Positions 35,039-48,680 of a DNA stretch of 64,000 nt are shown one piece after another. Origin of the DNA: Amphiscolops sp. MND2022 (Eukaryota); contig OZ076421.1 of assembly GCA_964187785.1 (NCBI GenBank), positions 10,540,001 through 10,604,000 on the forward strand, in the 5' to 3' direction. Below the pieces are notes generated by a model, which was not told the origin of the DNA, made no database searches, and saw only the letters and a program-made list of their open reading frames with translations. A program made the translations under genes and the position numbers. The number at the start of each line of letters is the position of its first letter. Position 1 is the first letter of the stretch.

Positions 35039-37299
35039 AATACTGACTAAACTAATATAATTCTACTTACAGTGCAGCTAAGATTATTTCGTAGACAATT
35101 TTTCAGAATAAGAATCTAACGTATGCGTCACGGAATATTTTGAGAAATGATTTTTAGCTAAAACTTCCGGTTAAAAGATTTCACGCTTAATAGATTTTCC
35201 ATATCCGGTTTAATCTTCTGAAGTTCGCCATACTGATCTAAATACCAAAATAGACATTTAACAACAGGGATTTTTCTTCAGTTCCACACTAAAATAAAAC
35301 ACATTTAAAATCCCGCAATCCCAACGGAATCCATACGATCTAAAAGGAAAAATACATAAAAGACAGAGTTGTTTTGGTGTTTTCTGTGATAAAGTAGTTG
35401 TCAATACCCACTTAAGGCGCAATCAAGTGACTTAAGAGAGGATTTACAACGTAATGACGGCGTCACTCTACTGAGCTAAAATTAGATATTCTACTTTCGC
35501 GGACTAATAACGTCACCTCCTCGGCAGGATTATTCTTAGCTAGCGCGAGCGGTATTGAATCCCCTAGCAACGCCAATCAGAATAAGAGAGAAAGAATGAA
35601 TTCGCCTACGCGTTCCGCTCGCTTTCTGTCCACTCTGACCTACTAGCTATAAGCAATCTTTATACGTACGTAGCAGTTACGTGGCGAAATGTAAAATTGT
35701 AGTCCACCTCTCTACTATAAGCAATCTTAATACATACGAAGCATTTACGAAGTGGTTTGAGAACATATAGTTAGGAAAGAATGGAACGAATGAAAGTTTA
35801 AGAGAATTTTTTCTGGTTCATTATTAGCTAAGGAATTTCTTGATTAGGTTTTAGAGGAAAACAGCTGCTCTGTAAGGAAGGATTATGAGAAGAACAAAGT
35901 TGTAATGTCCTGAATTCTCTACTAATTTATTACGCCATTGCTATACTTCTTAAATACTATATTACGGAGTGTACCCGTAATTCATACCAATGCTTTCTTT
36001 GCAGTTTATGATCAGTTGATGGTGATGAATTTTGCACTAATCCTCGTAAACTTACGTCATGTTTTCTGTATGATAAAAGCTGTATTACTCAGGACCTAAT
36101 TCCAAGTCACGAAGTGTTTACGTAAATTATACTCATGTCTGTTTGATGCTAATTTTATAACCTAACCCTAAATATGATGATGAATGAATGATCCCGAAAG
36201 CAATTTCGGATTTGTACCAGTTTTGAAATGCCTTTGTTACATTGTTTTATTTTTATTCTTGTGCTGTTGCAGTTAGTTAGTATTTGGGACATGATACGGA
36301 GTATTCCCGTAACCCAAGTCAATTATTATGTTGGATTTCATGTTTGTTGTATACTGAAGTCAGTCTGCCTTAATGCCCATCAGCATCATTTGTTTCTCGT
36401 TTCAAATATTCTCAACGGCGAATTTTCAGCGACGTATCGTTTCCGTCACCATTTTTGAACATCATCTTTTTCCTCAAAATTCCAACTCCTTGAGTTGGAT
36501 ACTGACTAATAGTTCACGCCGGCGTGCTTACGCCGATGAAAATGTCAGTTAGACTTCTATTTTACCGCGGTTTTGAAGATCAAACAGGAAATGGATTATC
36601 TGAACAAAAATGATTTCAACAAAGTCCCACGGAATGTTGACGCAACTAGGAATTTCGATACCTGAATTTATGACGCCAGACTGAAATAATTTGAATCATC
36701 GGCGAATTTTGTTGAACAAACCCGATTTTTAAGATTCCTAGGAATTTTTAGGTGAGGAACAAATGATGCTAAGAAGGTATAAATATGTAGAGAAGACATG
36801 TATTTTTAGTTGAACTTGAATTTGTTTCAAAATTTTGTTGCTCGTTGAAATTACGAAAACTCAAAATTTCTTTGAAGAATTTAATTCTTGCCAAAGACTC
36901 TGATATCTCAACTTTTGAAAATGACGACAAGGAGCCAGAAGAGAAAAGCTATAGCCGAGTTAGCGTCGGGAGATTTTGAAGCTTCTCTAACTGAAAATAA
37001 CTCCACCGAGAACCTGATACCTAGCTCTAGTAAAAACCCTAGACTTGAGCTTGAAAACCTGGAGGAAATAAAAACAACTCTGAGAAAAGAGATAATGACT
37101 GATCTAATAAAAATATTAGCTGAAAATCAAAAGGAAATGCTCAAATTAATAGCACCTGCGAGTAAGAAACGCTCAGTTAATCCGAACTTGCAAGATTCTG
37201 ATTCTGACCAAGAAAACATCTCCGTAGCAAGAACGTCCACCCCAGTCAAAACACAAACTGCGACTAGTTCTAAAACGACACCGAACAATAGTCGTAACA
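34953..37299 (+). repeat. 3' LTR (2347 bp)
   Basis: Copy of 20790-23143. By eye it has ~14 substitutions and one 7-bp deletion (TCGGTTG). Confidence 0.97.
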
Positions 37300-38145
37300 G
37301 CGATCTGGCACCTTGCCTATCTTTTTGTGACTGCCCATGCTTCAACTCGGGCTAATTCCATTTCATGAAGACCCTTTTAAAATGGTTTCAGTTCGCACGG
37401 TCCTTATTTCAATAATTTTCCGGTCCTTCTTGTATCTACTTTTTTGCCTTCACCAATTCGATTGATACCTTTTTCTCGACATCCAGCTCTTCCGAAATCA
37501 TAATTTTCTCCATGAATGAATAACATTGCCTCAACATTTGTTTTTCGAAGTTAAGAGACTTTTCTTCACGTATGTTTCTACCTCGAAACATATTTCAGTT
37601 TCAGAGAGGCATGATCATTTTCTGCCAGGGGCTGTGAGTATTCAGTTTTTCCGCAGGTGTTGGCGCATCTGAAAACACAATATCTATTTGTGTTGTTGTC
37701 ATTTTTCCGTATTCGTGTTAGTCTGTTGATATGTTGGATTAGGAAAGACTGCGAAAAAGTACTCAGAAGCTCAGAAGTTCACTATACTGGCGTTCTATTG
37801 TGTTTCAACAGTCGGATTTTGAAACATTTAAAACACCAATATTGAATTTTCATAGACGCTTCCTTGGTAAATTCGTTAAGCATGTTCTCATTCTCGATAC
37901 TACGAATAGTGAGAAACGCGTTCGAATAAATTTGTAACCTTTTAGTTTTCGTCGGGAACCGAGCGATTGGTCGACAACTTTTTAGAGGCTTGTACGATTC
38001 GTCGACACGCTTACCAATTCGTCGACAAATTTCTTTACCAGTCGTCCAATAAGTTTCGTGATCAAAATTGGAAATATTTTGTTGTTTGTCGACCAGTGGT
38101 CCAAACTACTCTATCAAGGTATTGGTTGTCGACCAGTAGTCCAAA

Positions 38146-41100
38146 TGTGTTGTTGTTGTTGTAGTGGCTTTACAGCTAGGCTGAAGGGACTTCTCCCCGA
38201 CGGTTATTATCAGAATATCCTATTTGTGTTTCGGCAGTTTTGACAGTCACAGTATATTTGGTAGGTGCACAATTGATCTTCAAGATAGAGCTGGTGAAAG
38301 TATTGCCACATGAAGTCCAGAATTCTATTTTTGAGCCCCAAAGGTTCGAAAAATGCCACTCTCTCCGGAAGTTTGTTCGCAAGTCGACACGTTCTGAAAC
38401 AGAACTCGACGCGAGCTTTCTCAGTACGGGCAGTTTTTATATCAAACATCATTCTGCCCTTTTTAGACATTGTCGTTGTGATATTCAAATCAACCCCCGT
38501 GAAGCGCAATTCGTGAAAATATTTTGAGAGGAATAGTAGGTTCTTTAGTTGGAAGAACATAGGCACTGGTAGAAGATTGCATTTTAAGAGAAGCTCTTTG
38601 TGAGTCGAATGATAGTCATGACATACCTATTTGAGGACTCTTTTCTGGAAATTTTCAAGTAATTTTAAACTGGTTCGGGAAAGGCTGAAGCAGCAACAAG
38701 CAAATGACAGAAGTGGCAGTAGCATAGATTTATACAATTTTAGTCTGACTCGTATTTGTGTAGCGGAGGTTTTCCTTTTGATAAAGAAGAAAACTGTGTT
38801 GGCTTTACGAATTTTGCTTTCAATATGGGTTGACTATGACAAATTACTAGTTACCATCAATCCAAGATCTTTGGCAGATGTAAGTCCCAGGAGAGGTAAG
38901 TTACTCAAATAGAATTGTTCTTCCGTTGTGCCTCGGAATGTAACTATAAAACATTTTAGGTCCTTGACAGCAAAAGACATCCTGTTTTCCACTCCCCATT
39001 TAGTAAGGTTATGAGGTCTAATTGAAAATTTCTTTGTTGTTAATCACTATGCTTTTCAGGTCGTCGGCATACAAGAAAGGTTCACTCACTATAGATTAAA
39101 TATTTCGGTAGATCGTTGATAAATATGAGAAACATTAACGGTCCAATAACAGACCCTTGCGGCACTCCACTTGTTATAAGAAGTTGATCAGAGCGTTCAT
39201 TGCCACAACGGACAATTTGGTATCGATCTGTTAAGTAATCTTTGAGAACCTCCAGTAGACATCCACCAATCCCTATTTTAGATATTTTTTGAATTAACTC
39301 ATAGTGAGCAACTTTGTCAAAAGCTTTCGCCATGTCTGCATACAATGCAATGATGGATTTAGTTGTTGGGTCGTCATAGCTATTGTAAATTTTCTGTAAA
39401 AAAGAAAGCAAATTTGTTTCGACAGACTTGTTCTTGACAAAGCCATGTTGGGAAGAAGTTATTTGGTCAGAAAAACAGTCGTAGATATGCGAGTACAGAC
39501 ACTTTTCAAAGATTTTCTCGAATACATCAAGTATTGCTACTGGTCGGTAATTTGACACATCTTTCTTGCTAGACTTTTTGTGACTAGGTGAAATAGCGCT
39601 AATTTTCCACACTTTTGGTATTCTTTTCTGCCTTTTGATATTTCTGAAGATATGATTGAGTGCTTTGCTCAGAGGTGCAGCCAAGTTTTTGATCAACAAA
39701 GGCGGAATACCATCAGGGCCTCTAGATTTGGTCTCATCTAAATCTTCGATATATTTTCGGATAGTACTAACTGATGTCTCGAAATTTGTTGTTTTCGGGT
39801 CTTCGCAATATATATCACTTGGTGACGTGTTTTTCGGCAAATAAACAGATTGGAAGTAATTATTGAAAAGGTTTAACGTTTCTTTGACGCTGTTAGACTC
39901 TTGTCCGTTTAGAACAACTGTTCAAGGAAGAGCGGACTCTTTACTCATTCGTTTGAAATGTTTGAACATTAAATCAGTGTTTCTTGTTTCTGCAATTTTC
40001 GTTTGATAGTCATTTCTATCTTGTTCGCTCGATTTCCAAAACTCGGTTTCCAGTGTTTTAATTTTTTGGTTGCGGTACGCAGTTGGCTTCAACTTCAGTA
40101 ATTTCCTCTGTGTTTCAAGTTTTTTTAACAAGTGAGAGGTCTGCGGGGTGAACCAACTTGGTAACGTTTGTCTGTGAGTCGTTCGTCGGGGAACACATTT
40201 TTCAATATTATCATTGAGATAAACATAGAATTCGTTTACCATGTTATCTATGTTCGAGTAACAAGTCGGTTCGAAAGGAGAATTTTCCATAATCTTTAAA
40301 ACTTCATCATAATCAGCAGCATTGAAACTGTACGCAGGCTTTGTGGCAGTTTGTTGTGTATAGATGGGCATTTCAATTTCTAGGGCAACAGGAGTATGGT
40401 TTGATATATTGTACAATTTTTCAACAATATGATTTTCTTCGCATAGTATTGAGAGGTTTCTGTGTAAGGCAATATCTAGAGTGTTCTTCCCGCAAGTTGG
40501 AATAGTTACTGCTTGCTGTAGACAGTGTTTGTCAAAAAAGATCCAGGACCTCTCTCTCAAAATCATCTTCACTATGAAACGTATTCCAATTTGTTTGGGT
40601 GGGGGAAGTTTATATCTCCACAAAAAAGTATTTGATTTTTCTGGAATCTCGTTGACAATGTTAGCAACAATTCGAAATCACTCACAGTGTGTCGGTACAC
40701 GCTTTCTTTAGGGGGACTGTGAAATGCACAGATCATCAGCTTATCGTTGTTGATAGTAACTTCGACTGCCACACAACACTGGGGTAAGTTGTGCTCAATT
40801 TTTGAGGAAGAAATTTTTTGATACAGCAATAAGTGATCCACCACGAGTAGATATGTTCTCTTCTCTAGAGGGCCTATCAGCTCGATAAAGCTCATAAGTT
40901 TCAAGAAAAAGTTTTTTATCAGAGATATTTGAATGAAGCCAGGTTTCACTAACACATGCAGCTAGAAAACCGCCTCCAATTACAGCAGCAGAAAATTTTC
41001 TTCGCCTATCTTCATTTATCAAGCTTTTTGCATTTAGGACTAATATGTTCATTGAACATAGTCACTTGGCGGTAGGAGTAATTTCAATTCTGATATCTTT

Positions 41101-42097
41101 TTGGAAGAGTTCAAACTTTTTTAATTTGAGCACACTCCCGGCGACTCCAAATTCAATTAATTCTCGTCTCTTTTTCAAGCATGCATTTTCTTTGAACGCT
41201 TCCTCTCTCGTTAACGCTGGCAATATGTAGATATTTTTGTTCATCAGTTCTGTTCGTTTTTCGATACTTTTGGCAAAAATTGTTCGTTTTTCCCATTCAT
41301 TCAATACTTCAACCATTATTGTTCTGCGCTTTGATCTAGAATTGTCAAATTTTCCCAGTCTTTTCACATTAACTACTGGACTGGTGACTCCCAGTGTATT
41401 GAAAACATCTTTCAGTTTTTCATTTGTCAGTAGGATATTCTCTTTGTCTGGTTTATCAAAATCCTCAGGGATACCCTGAATTCGCAGACTTTTGTTGGTG
41501 TCGTGATCAACCTTTTTGGGGTTATGGTTTGGTATCTCAGCTTTTGAACCAGAGGGTACTTTGCTCTCAATAACCTTTGTAAGAGGTTTTTCAGACGAGT
41601 TCAATTTCATTTCCATCATCAGAGACATTTTTTCTCAATTTTTTCAAATTTCGCTCCAAGATCGGGAAATTGATACTTATCTTGAAGGTTTTGTGTGTTA
41701 ATGGCCTCCAGGACTCTATCACGCCTGTGGGTAGTCACACAATCGTCACAGAAAAGAACAACACTCACACAGAGCTCCTTGATTCCGTTAATAGCCACCG
41801 ATGAAAGACCAGTACACACTTCAGAAAGGTGCATCTCCAGGCTGCATCCCACACAGTGAAAGCTGCCACCCTTGCCGATGCCCTTCTTGCAGGTTTGCAA
41901 TTGACCATTTCAAATATGATGGGGTATTTTTGTATCGAATTTTTGTGTGAGCGAAAAGCGAGATCGAAAATGGATCGAAGGATTTGAGATCGAATTTTTC
42001 CGGTTTTGCTAGGTTTTTGCTCCTGTAAAGTGTTTAAAAGCGTTTAAAATTATTTAGGTAGTTTTCCCCACCTAATATGAAATCATATACGGTGTAT
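38146..42097 (-). mobile_element. CR1/L2-group LINE, near full length, decayed (left-arm copy)
   Basis: ORF1 has a PHD (41619-41900) and an RRM-like region (41062-41628). ORF2 has APE 'LNAKSL..SETWL..GDIN' and RT 'NYRP, QHGF, AFDKV, GVPQGSVIGP, YADD'. Ends in a (CAA)n tail. Frameshifts and stops present. Confidence 0.92.
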
Positions 42098-42183
42098 GCA
42101 CGCTCGCCGTATATGCACGCTTCGCGATCTCCGTTCCCGCTATGTCTTTGCTCCTGTTCGACCTCGCTCAGCAAGATGGGATA

Positions 42184-42383
42184 NNNNNNNNNNNNNNNNN
42201 NNNNNNNNNNNNNNNNNNNNNNNNNNNNNNNNNNNNNNNNNNNNNNNNNNNNNNNNNNNNNNNNNNNNNNNNNNNNNNNNNNNNNNNNNNNNNNNNNNNN
42301 NNNNNNNNNNNNNNNNNNNNNNNNNNNNNNNNNNNNNNNNNNNNNNNNNNNNNNNNNNNNNNNNNNNNNNNNNNNNNNNNNNN
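42184..42383. other. Assembly gap (200 N) at the symmetry centre of the inverted duplication
   Basis: Run of N. Confidence 1.
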
Positions 42384-45300
42384 ATACACCGTAAATGATT
42401 TCATATTAGGTGGGGAAAACTACCTTAAATAATTTAAACGCTTTTAAACACTTTACAGGAGCAAAAACCTAGCAAAACCGGAAAAATTCGATCTCAAAAC
42501 CTTCGATCCATTTTCGATCTCGCTTTTCGCTCACACAAAAATTCGATACAAAAATACCCCATCATATTTGAAATGGTCAATTGCAAAACCTGCAAGAAGG
42601 GCATCGGCAAGGGTGGCAGCTTTCAATGTGTGGGATGCAGCCTGGAGATGCACCTTTCTGAAGTGTGTACTGGTCTTTCATCGGTGGCTATTACCGGAAT
42701 CAAGGAGCTCTGCGTGAGTGTTGTTGTTTTCTGTGACGAGTGTGTGACTACCCACAGGCGTGATAGAGTCCTGGAGGCCATTAACACCCAAAACCTACAA
42801 TATAAGTATCAATTTCCCGATCTTGGAGCGAAATTTGAAAAAATTGAGAAAAAATGTCTCTGATGATGGAAATGAAATTGAACTCGTCTGAAAAACCTCT
42901 TACAAAGGTTATTGAGAGCAAAGTACTCTCTGGTTCAAAAGCTGAGATACCAAACCATAACCCCAAAAAGGTTGATCACGACACCAACAAAAGTCTGCGA
43001 ATTCAGGGTATCCCTGAGGATTTTGATAAACCAGACAAAGAGAATATCCTACTGACAAATGAAAGACTGAAAGATGTTTTCAATACACTGGGAGTCACCA
43101 GTCCAATAGTTAATGTGAAAAGACTGGGAAAATTTGACAATTATAGATCAAAGCGCAGAACAATAATGGTTGAAGTATCGAATGAATGGGAAAAACGAAC
43201 AATTTTTGCCAAAAGTATCGAAAAACGAACAGAACTGATGAACAAAAATATCTACATATTGCCAGCGTTAACGAGAGAGGAAGCGTTCAAAGAAAATGCA
43301 TGCTTGAAAAAAAGACGAGAATTAATTGAATTTGGAGTCGCCAGGAGTGTGCTCAAATTAAGAAATTTTGAACTCTTCCAAAAAGATATCAGAATTGAAA
43401 TTACTCCTACCGCCAAGTGACTATGTTCAATGAACATATTAGTCCTAAATGCAAAAAGCTTGATAAATGAAGATAGGCGAAGAAAATTTTCTGCTGCTGT
43501 AATTGGAGGCGGTTTTCTAGCTGCATGTGTTAGTGAAACCTGGCTTCATTCAAATATCTCTGATAAAAAATTTTTTCTTGAAACTTATGAGCTTTATCGA
43601 GCTGATAGGCCCTCTAGAGAAGAGAACATATCTACTCATGGTGGATCACTTATTGCTGTATCCAAAAGTCTTTCTTCCTCAAAAATTGAGCACAACTTAC
43701 CCCAGTGTTGTGTGGCAGTCGAAGTTACTATCAACAACGATAAGCTGATTATCTGTGCATTTTACAGTCCCCCTAAAGAAAGCGTGTACCGACACACTGT
43801 GAGTGATTTCGAATTGATGCTAACATTGTCAACGAGATTCCAGAAAAATCAAATACTTTTTTGTGGAGATATAAACTTCCCCCACCCAAACAAATTGGAA
43901 TACGTTTCATAGTGAAGACGATTTTGAGAGAGAGGTCCTGGATCTTTTTGACAAACACTGTCTACAGCAAGCAGTAACTATTCCATATTGCGGGAAGAAC
44001 ACTCTAGATATTGCCTTACACAGAAACCTCTCAATACTATGCGAAGAAAATCATATTGTTGAAAAATTGTACAATATATCAAACCATACTCCTGTTGCCC
44101 TAGAAATTGAAATGCCCATCTATACACAACAAACTGCCACAAAGCCTGCGTACAGTTTCAATGCTGCTGATTATGATGAAGTTTTAAAGATTATGGAAAC
44201 TTCTTCTTTCGAACCGACTTGTTACTCGAACATAGATAACATGGTAAACGAATTCTATGTTTATCTCAATGATAATATTGAAAAATGTGTTCCCCGACGA
44301 ACGACTCACAGACAAACGTTACCAAGTTGGTTCACCCCGCAGACCTCTCACTTGTTAAAAAAACTTGAAACACAGAGGAAATTACTGAAGTTGAAGCCAA
44401 CTGCGTACCGCAACCAAAAGATTAAAACACTGGAAACCGAGTTTTGGAAATCGAGCGAACAAGATAGAATTGACTATCAAACGAAAATTGCAGAAACAAG
44501 AAACACTGATTTAATGTTCAAACATTTCAAGCGAATGAGTAAAGAGTCCGCTCTTCCTTCAACAGTTTTTCTAAACGGACAAGAGTCTAACAGCGTCAAA
44601 GAAACGTTAAACCTTTTCAATAATTACTTCCAATCTGTTTATTTGCCGAAAAACACGTCACCAAGTGATATATATTGCGAAGACCCGAAAACAACAAATT
44701 TCGAGACATCAGTTAGTACTATCCGAAAATATATCGACGATTTAGATGAGACCAAATCTAGAGGCCTTGATGGTATTCCGCCTTTGTTGATCAAAAACTT
44801 GGCTGCACCTCTGAGCAAAGCACTCAATCATATCTTCAGAAATATCAAAAGGCAGAAAAGAATACCAAAAGTGTGGAAAATTAGCGCTATTTCACCTAGT
44901 CACAAAAAGTCTAGCAAGAAAGATGTGTCAAATTACCGACCAGTAGCAATACTTGATATATACGAGAAAATCTTTGAAAAGTGTCTGTACTCGCATATCT
45001 ACGACTGTTTTTCTGACCAAATAACTTCTTCCCAACATGGCTTTGTCAAGAACAAGTCTGTCGAAACAAATTTGCTTTCTTTTTTACAGAAAATTTACAA
45101 TAGCTATGACGACCCAACAACTAAATCCATCATTGCATTGTATGCAGACATGGCGAAAGCTTTTGACAAAGTTGCTCACTATGAGTTAATTCAAAAGGTT
45201 TCTAAAATAGGGATTGGTGGATGTCTACTGGAGGTTCTCAAAGATTACTTAACAGATCGATACCAAATTGTCCGTTGTGGCAATGAACGCTCTGATCAAC

Positions 45301-46333
45301 TTCTTATAACAAGTGGAGTGCCGCAAGGGTCTGTTATTGGACCGTTAATGTTTCTCATATTTATCAACGATCTACCGAAATATTTAATCTATAGTGAACC
45401 TTTCTTGTATGCCGACAACCTGAAAAGCATAGTGATTAACAACAAAGAAATTTTCAATTAGACCTCATAACCTTACTAAATGGGAAGTGGAAAACAGGAT
45501 GTCTTTTGCTGTCAAGGACCTAAAATGCTTTATAGTTACATTCCGAGGCACAACGGAAGAACAATTCTATTTGAGTAACTTACCTCTCCTGGGACTTACA
45601 TCTGCCAAAGATCTTGGATTGATGGTAACTAGTAATTTGTCATAGTCAACCCATATTGAAAGCAAAATTCGTAAAGCCAACACAAATTTCTTCTTTATCA
45701 AAAGGAAAACCTCCGCTACACAAATACGAGTCAGACTAAAATTGTATAAATCTATGCTACTGCCACTTCTGTCATTTGCTTGTTGCTGCTTCAGCCTTTC
45801 CCGAACCAGTTTAAAATTACTTGAAAATTTCCAGAAAAGAGTCCTCAAATAGGTATGTCGTGACTATCATTCGACTCACAAAGAGCTTCTCTTAAAATGC
45901 AATCTTCTACCAGTGCCTATGTTCTTCCAACTAAAGAACCTACTATTCCTCTCAAAATATTTTCACGAATTGCGCTTCACGGGGGTTGATTTGAATATCA
46001 CAACGACAATGTCTAAAAAGGGCAGAATGATGTTTGATATAAAAACTGCCCGTACTGAGAAAGCTCGCGTCGAGTTCTGTTTCAGAACGTGTCGACTTGC
46101 GAACAAACTTCCGGAGAGAGTGGCATTTTTCGAACCTTTGGGGCTCAAAAATAGAATTCTGGACTTCATGTGGCAATACTTTCACCAGCTCTATCTTGAA
46201 GATCAATTGTGCACCTACCAAATATACTGTGACTGTCAAAACTGCCGAAACACAAATAGGATATTCTGATAATAACTGTCGGGGAGAAGTCCCTTCAGCC
46301 TAGCTGTAAAGCCACTACAACAACAACAACACA
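42384..46333 (+). mobile_element. CR1/L2-group LINE, decayed (right-arm copy)
   Basis: Mirror of 38146-42097, with ORFs 42573-42863, 42854-43420, 43430-43912, 44067-45461 and 45913-46269. RT motif reads YADN here. (CAA)n tail. Confidence 0.92.
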
Positions 46334-47379
46334 TTTGGACTACTGGTCGACAACCAATACCTTGATAGAGTAGTTTGGACCACTGGTCGACAAACAACAA
46401 AATATTTCCAATTTTGATCACGAAACTTATTGGACGACTGGTAGAGAAATTTGTCGACGAATTGGTAAGCGTGTCGACGAATCGTACAAGCCTCTAAAAA
46501 GTTGTCGACCAATCGCTCGGTTCCCGACGAAAACTAAAAGGTTACAAATTTATTCGAACGCGTTTCTCACTATTCGTAGTATCGAGAATGAGAACATGCT
46601 TAACGAATTTACCAAGGAAGCGTCTATGAAAATTCAATATTGGAGTTTTAAATGTTTCAAAATCCGACTGTTGAAACACAATAGAACGCCAGTATAGTGA
46701 ACTTCTGAGCTTCTGAGTACTTTTTCGCAGTCTTTCCTAATCCAACATATCAACAGACTAACACGAATACGGAAAAATGCCAACAACACAAATAGATATT
46801 GTGTTTTCTGATGCACCAACACCTGCGGAAAAACTGAATACTCACAGCCCCTGGCAGAAAATGATCATGCCTCTCTGAAACTGAAATCTGTTTCGAGGTA
46901 GAAACATACGTGAACAAAAGTCTCTTAACTTCGAAAAACAAATGTTGAGGCAATGTTATTCATTCATGGAGAAAATTATGATTTCGGAAGAGCTGGATGT
47001 CGAGAAAAAGGTATCAATCGAATTGGTGAAGGCAAAAAAGTAGATACAAGAAGGACCGGAAAATTATTGAAATAAGGACCGTGCGAACTGGAACCATTTT
47101 AAAAGGGTCTTTATGAAATGGAATTAGCCCGAGTTGAAGCATGGGCAGTCACAAAAGATAGGCAAGGTGCCAGATCGCTGCAAGCTGCAGAGCCTCCATA
47201 CAGTGTCAAAAACGGTCCCCTGAATGAAACAAGCACCAAGAACATCAAGTGGAGGAGAGATTTATAGATAAGGGCATCGTATCATAATTTTAAAAAACAT
47301 CGACTGTAAATATATCGCAGGAATCACCAGATTAGGATCGTCGAGGTAAGTCACGACAACCTTCCGTCTTCAACCATTG

Positions 47380-48680
47380 CAGAGAGAGAGAGAGAGACAA
47401 CACTCTGAGGGGATAGCTGACAGCTTACCATACAATAAGTGTACATGACTTATGCAAGCATAAGTAGTTTTCTCGAACTTTACAACAATTAAAAGAAAGA
47501 CAGACAGGTTTATTTGAACCGGAAATCACGCCAGGTACTAGCTACTTGAATAGGAACTGCATTTGACTCTTTTTCCAGATGAATTTTCAATCTACTTTTG
47601 AATACATGTAGACTCACACTTGGATCTCGCATATGTAGTGGTAGTGAGTTCCACTTCAGTGCAGTACAATGAAAGAATGATGAAGTTGAAACAGATGAAA
47701 AATTACCCGTATAAATAAGTTGATTCGTACGAGAATTCCATCGATATGTTGCTGTAGGTAACTTCAACTGGTTTTGGAAAGCTTTTTTTTATTATTAATG
47801 TACTGAAAGAAGTAAATCAGGGATTTGAACATAATCAAGTGACGTATACTGGTTATACCTTTGTTTTTTCTCAATTCATGAGATGACTTGATATTCGAAC
47901 GAAAAAACACGCTTTTCAAAGCCCAATTCATCTGTTTTTCTAGTGAGAGCAACAAAGAAGAACTAACTTTGAAGAAAAACAATAGAAAATATTCCAGGTG
48001 ACTCATCACAAGTGCGTGGAAAAGCATGAGAAGTACCCCAGTTGGAAACCTGTGTTGGACAGTTTCAACAGTTTTTATACCAACTGCCATTTTGTTCAGC
48101 ACTTTTTTAACTTGTGTTTGGAACCCGAGGTGTTTATCAATGGTTACACCTAAGTATTTGCAATGGTCTGATTTCTTTACTAAGGTGGAGCCCACAGTAA
48201 CTGTTTCTGAGTCGTTGAGGCGTTTATCTTTTGAGGGAGAAGGTTATGAATTCGTTTTACTTCCGTTTAAATTCAGCTTGTTCAGACAAAAGTATTCTTC
48301 TAATTTATATATATATTGTCTCGCAATATTTCAAGAGCAATCTCAGATTTTTTATCACTACAGAAAACTAAACAAACGTCAGCATACGGTAATACATGAG
48401 CAGGTCTACTTATAAGTTCTGGAAGATCATTCACATACAGGTTGAAAAATAATGGTCCTACGACTGTTCCTTGGGGGGACACCTTGTTTCAATTCAATCC
48501 ATTCAGACAGAACACCATTCACAGAGACTTGTTGCAATCGACCTGTTAAAAATCTTTCCTCGATTTGTGTAGCCGAAGGTGAAAAATGTAACGATTCGAG
48601 TTTCTTGAGAAGAATTTGATGTGAAAATGAGACAAAAGCTTTAGATAGATCAAGTAAGACAGAATGTACTATATTTCCAA
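47380..48680 (-). mobile_element. Mirror copy of the CR1/L2 RT fragment
   Basis: Reverse complement of 19285-20582. A further partial copy lies at 50918-~51635. Confidence 0.8.

Larger units (their letters stand above)
20790..37299 (+). mobile_element. Full-length 16.5-kb Ty3/Gypsy LTR retrotransposon with accessory genes
   Basis: Two ~2.35-kb direct LTRs with TG...CA ends, 5-bp TSD GCGAT (20785-20789 and 37300-37304), PBS, PPT, and gag and pol in PR-RT-RH-IN order. The empty site is present at 47174-47178 in the other arm. Confidence 0.97.

Noticed and set aside
37960-38145. CRISPR-like spaced GTCGAC repeats
   Set aside because: The motifs are short, degenerate and irregularly spaced, the context is eukaryotic, and there are no cas genes. 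More like MITE subterminal arrays.
42077-42432. ORFs spanning the N run
   Set aside because: Artefacts of translating the gap.
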